In this document: in pieces, positions 7,776 through 10,614 of the stretch
Numbering within the stretch: the first letter of the stretch is position 1
Layout: each line of letters begins with the position of its first letter
Assembly (NCBI GenBank): GCA_965656495.1
Contig: CBFHKU010000022.1
Span: 1-10,614 of the forward strand
Source: Coraliomargaritaceae bacterium
Lineage (GTDB): Bacteria; Verrucomicrobiota; Verrucomicrobiia; Opitutales; Coraliomargaritaceae
Direction: 5' to 3'
Length of the DNA: 10,614 nt
Translations under genes and position numbers: made by a program
Notes under the pieces: generated by a model
Databases searched by the model: none
The model's input: only the letters and a program-made list of their open reading frames with translations
Told to the model about the DNA's origin: nothing

Positions 7776-8810
7776 ATGCCAAGAACTGTAACACTATTCA
7801 CCGGCCAATGGGCGGATCTCTCGCTTGCCGAACTTGCCCCTAAGGCTAAAGAAATGGGCTATGACGGCCTCGAACTCGCCTGCTGGGGCGATCACTTTGA
7901 TGTCCAAAAGGCCCTCAATGAGCCGGACTACATCGCCAAGAAATGGGAACTCCTTGAGGCCAACAGTCTGACCTGCGATGCCATTTCCAATCACCTCGTA
8001 GGACAAGCGGTCTGCGATATCATAGATGAGCGCCATGCCGCCATCCTGAGTCCGGAAATTTATGGGGATGGCGATCCGGAAGGCGTGCGTCAGCGTGCTG
8101 CGGCCGAAATGATCGATACTGCCAAGGCGGCACGTAAATTCTTTGATGCGCGGCCGGGGGGCGCTCCTGAAAGAGTGGTGGTCAATGGTTTTACCGGTTC
8201 CTCCATATGGCATTTGCTCTATTCCTTCCCCCCCGTTCAACCCGATCAAATTGAGCGTGGCTTTGCCGATTTTGCCGATCGTTGGACACCCATCCTCGAC
8301 GCTTTTGACGCGGTTGGAGTAGATTTTGCTCTGGAGGTGCACCCCACTGAAATTGCATTTGATATTGCCTCTGCGCAGCGTGCGCTGGATGCCGTTAAGG
8401 GGCACAAACGCTTTGGTTTCAACTACGACCCCAGCCATCTCGGTTACCAGGGGGTGGATTACGTGAAGTTCATTCGCGACTTTAGTGAGCGCATTTTCCA
8501 CATGCATGTGAAAGATGCATGGTGGGATCACGGAAATGGCGACGTCGGTGTCTTTGGGGGTCATACCGAATTCGGCGATGCCCGCCGCTATTGGGATTTC
8601 CGTTCCCCCGGTCGTGGAGATATTGATTTCGAATCCATCATCGTCGCACTCAACGATATTCAGTACACGGGGCCTCTGTCGATTGAATGGGAAGATGTTC
8701 GCATGGATCGCATACACGGTGGTACGGAAGCCTGTGCTTTCACACGCGCCCTCGACTTTGCGCCCAGTGCCGTCGCGTTTGACGCGGCCTTTGATAAAGA
8801 GAAGCAGTAA
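7776..8810 (+). CDS. Sugar phosphate isomerase/epimerase family (xylose isomerase-like / AP endonuclease 2 TIM barrel) metalloenzyme; candidate keto-sugar lyase, isomerase or dehydratase
   Basis: 344 aa. [10 protein letters not shown] and [13 protein letters not shown], plus metal-ligand motifs ALEVHP, NYDPSH, HMHVKD and LSIEWED. Confidence 0.92.
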   Translation: MPRTVTLFTGQWADLSLAELAPKAKEMGYDGLELACWGDHFDVQKALNEPDYIAKKWELLEANSLTCDAISNHLVGQAVCDIIDERHAAILSPEIYGDGDPEGVRQRAAAEMIDTAKAARKFFDARPGGAPERVVVNGFTGSSIWHLLYSFPPVQPDQIERGFADFADRWTPILDAFDAVGVDFALEVHPTEIAFDIASAQRALDAVKGHKRFGFNYDPSHLGYQGVDYVKFIRDFSERIFHMHVKDAWWDHGNGDVGVFGGHTEFGDARRYWDFRSPGRGDIDFESIIVALNDIQYTGPLSIEWEDVRMDRIHGGTEACAFTRALDFAPSAVAFDAAFDKEKQ

Positions 8811-8833
8811 ATCCTACTCAACCGGAGAGTATT

Positions 8834-8960
8834 ATGAATGAATCAAACTCGCGAAGAAAATTTCTAAAACGTGGAAGCCTTTTTTGGGGCCGGTTTAATG
8901 GTGGCTCCTATGGTTTTGCGAGCTGAGACGCTTGGACTGGGCGGATTAATTAGCCGGTGA
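8834..8960 (+). pseudogene. Remnant 5' end of a Tat-exported protein (probably another Gfo/Idh/MocA), frameshifted and truncated
   Basis: GGAGAG RBS, then ATG 8834: MNESNSRRKFLKRGSLF. As written it stops at TGA 8924-8926. Removing one T from the T6 run (8880-8885) restores GAGLMVAPMVLRA/ETLGLGG, a complete Tat leader, which then stops at 8958-8960. Confidence 0.72.
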
Positions 8961-9085
8961 GGCGCTTCATCAGTCGGCGTCGTCCCGCCGTCATTGAGCG
9001 ACTCAAGCCGCTCTTGAAGGATCCCGACACCGGCGATTTAATTAAACATACCATAAAATTCATTTTAACCCGAACTCCTTCATGA
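8954..9085 (+). pseudogene. Orphan C-terminal fragment, possibly of a HEAT-repeat-like protein
   Basis: Open frame ...PAVIERLKPLLKDPDTGDLIKHTIKFILTRTPS* whose TGA (9083-9085) overlaps the next ATG (ATGA coupling). L..LL.DPD is HEAT-like. No convincing start codon. Confidence 0.45.
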
Positions 9086-10614
9086 TATCCAAATTAAAAT
9101 TCAAACTAATCTGCGCACTCATGCTTGTACAGCTTGCTTCTGGTATCGACTGGAAACCGCGGTTTGATGATAAGCCCCTGACGGAGGAACAGTCCGCACA
9201 GATTGATAAGGCCCTGCCGCAGGCTCCCTTTGCGGCGGTGCAATCCAAGCGACGCATTCTTTTATATAGTGCCACGGCGGGATTTCGTCATGCTTCTATT
9301 GTTACAGGCAAGGCGGCGCTGGCCCGGATGGGAGTGTCAAGCGGTGCGTACGAGGCGATTGTGAGTGATGATCCCGCGAACTTCGAACCGGAGATGTTAC
9401 GGCGTTTTGATGCAGTGCTTCTGTTGAGCCCCACCCGTGATTTCTTTATGCCGCATTCAAAGCAGAGGGATCAATTCAGTGCAGAAGAATGGGCTGCCCT
9501 GAAGGCCCGGCACAATCGCCTCACTGACAACCTGATCGACTACCTGGAGGCGGGTGGTGGTCTCGTAGGCATCCACGCTGCTACCGATGCCTGTTACGGA
9601 CATGCCGAATACGGTGAGGCGATGGGTGGTTACTTTAATGGGCATCCCTGGGGGGCAAATCAGGAGGTCACTATTGTCGTCGAAGACCCGGATCATGCCC
9701 TTAACAAGCCGGTCTTTGGTGCGATGGAAGACTTTCGCATTCGCGAAGAAATTTACCAGTTCAAGACCGAGCCGTATTCGCGCGAACGTTTGCGGATCTT
9801 GCTGAATCTCGATCCCGCGCGGAGCGAAAAGCCAAAAGGGGAGTTGCGCCGCGAGGACAATGACTATCCCGTCAGTTGGGTGCAAAAAGTGGGTAAGGGA
9901 CGAGTCTTTTACAGCAGTATTGGTCACAATCACGCGATCTACTGGAATCCGCTTATTTTGAAGCACTACCTCGCGGGAATTCAGTTTGCCTGCGGCGACC
10001 TGTCGGCTGATACCACCCCCAGCGGGAAGCTGGCCCTGACGCATCTTGGCAAGTCGGATGATGGCTGGGTCGAACTTTTTGACGGGAAAAGCCTGGAGGG
10101 TTGGACGCAGCGCGACGGTAAAGCGATCTATGAAGTGCGCGACGGGGCCATCGTGGGCACTTCGGTTCTTGCCACCCCAAATTCCTTCCTCTGCACCGAG
10201 CGGAGTTATGGTAACTTTGAATTGGAGTTTGAAGTGAAGTGCGGTGCGATTAATTCCGGAGTGCAAATTCGATCGAAGGCAAGCAAAGAGGCAACGGTCA
10301 TGGGTGGTGAAAAGCAACGGGTCAACGGCCCGCAGGTTGAAATCGAACACAGTCCCGGACAGGCGGGATTTATTTACGGCGAGGCCTATGGCGGCTGGCG
10401 CTCGCCCGAACCAAAATCAAAGGATCCTGCGGTTAAGGCTCACCGTATTTTCCGAAACGATGAATGGAACCATTACCGTATTGTGGCACGCGGGCCGCGA
10501 ATCCAGACTTCCATCAATGGGGAGCTGATCGCTGATCTCACCGACGCAGAGAGCTTCCGGCTTTATCCCGAGGGCTTCATTGGTTTGCAGGTTCACTCGC
10601 ACTCGAAGGCTGGA
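9082..10614 (+). CDS. Secreted ThuA-domain + DUF1080 (3-keto-disaccharide hydrolase / 3-keto-2-hydroxy-glycal hydratase family) fusion protein, partial at the 3' end
   Basis: Manually translated; open from ATG 9082 to the window end. Leader MISKLKFKLICALMLVQLASG. ThuA motifs RILLYSATAGFRHASI, GGGLVGIHAATD, GGYFNGHPW, EEIYQF, DYPVSW, GKGRVFYSSIGHN. DUF1080 motifs from about 10060: GWVELFDGKSLEGW, FLCTERSYGNFELEFEVK, NSGVQIRS, QVEI, EWNHYRI, GFIGLQVH. Confidence 0.93.
   Translation, partial: MISKLKFKLICALMLVQLASGIDWKPRFDDKPLTEEQSAQIDKALPQAPFAAVQSKRRILLYSATAGFRHASIVTGKAALARMGVSSGAYEAIVSDDPANFEPEMLRRFDAVLLLSPTRDFFMPHSKQRDQFSAEEWAALKARHNRLTDNLIDYLEAGGGLVGIHAATDACYGHAEYGEAMGGYFNGHPWGANQEVTIVVEDPDHALNKPVFGAMEDFRIREEIYQFKTEPYSRERLRILLNLDPARSEKPKGELRREDNDYPVSWVQKVGKGRVFYSSIGHNHAIYWNPLILKHYLAGIQFACGDLSADTTPSGKLALTHLGKSDDGWVELFDGKSLEGWTQRDGKAIYEVRDGAIVGTSVLATPNSFLCTERSYGNFELEFEVKCGAINSGVQIRSKASKEATVMGGEKQRVNGPQVEIEHSPGQAGFIYGEAYGGWRSPEPKSKDPAVKAHRIFRNDEWNHYRIVARGPRIQTSINGELIADLTDAESFRLYPEGFIGLQVHSHSKAG

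Noticed and set aside
7794..8717. 307-aa antisense ORF
   Set aside because: Lies entirely opposite the well-supported TIM-barrel gene and has no recognisable motifs; a typical shadow ORF.
5860..8810. Assigning iolG/iolE symbols (myo-inositol catabolism)
   Set aside because: Family membership alone is not specific, no iolB/iolC/iolD genes are in the window, and the ThuA/DUF1080 context points elsewhere.
8880..8889. T6G4 run as a programmed frameshift or phase-variation switch
   Set aside because: Even the corrected frame stops at 8960, just after the signal peptide, so switching would give no functional protein.
9457..10350. 297-aa antisense ORF, the longest listed in this region
   Set aside because: Shadow of the real + strand ThuA-DUF1080 gene, which the track omitted because it has no stop within the window.

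Overview
Bacterial carbohydrate-redox locus, most likely from Verrucomicrobiota (Opitutia, Coraliomargarita/Lentimonas-like). The taxon is inferred from the PAS-AraC regulator, the Tat-Gfo/Idh/MocA style and the A/C-rich leaders lacking a Shine-Dalgarno site. Two divergent operons flank an AT-rich intergenic region. Leftward: DoxX-like membrane protein, Tat-exported Gfo/Idh/MocA oxidoreductase, and a discoidin/F5-8-type-C lipoprotein. Rightward: PAS-AraC regulator, MFS transporter, cytoplasmic Gfo/Idh/MocA oxidoreductase, secreted ankyrin protein, xylose-isomerase-like TIM-barrel metalloenzyme, a short deletion scar (frameshifted Tat leader joined to a HEAT-like C-terminus), and a secreted ThuA + DUF1080 fusion that runs off the right edge and is missing from the ORF track. 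The enzyme set matches the non-hydrolytic 3-keto-glycoside (oxidation/elimination/hydration/reduction) route of glycoside cleavage, with extra components not part of the pathway as I know it. The first ~470 bp hold the left end of an IS3-family element next to a mosaic of degenerate 6-, 7-, 8-, 9- and 10-nt-period repeats, palindromes and a ~63-bp duplication. All calls come from reading motifs by eye; no database searches were run.
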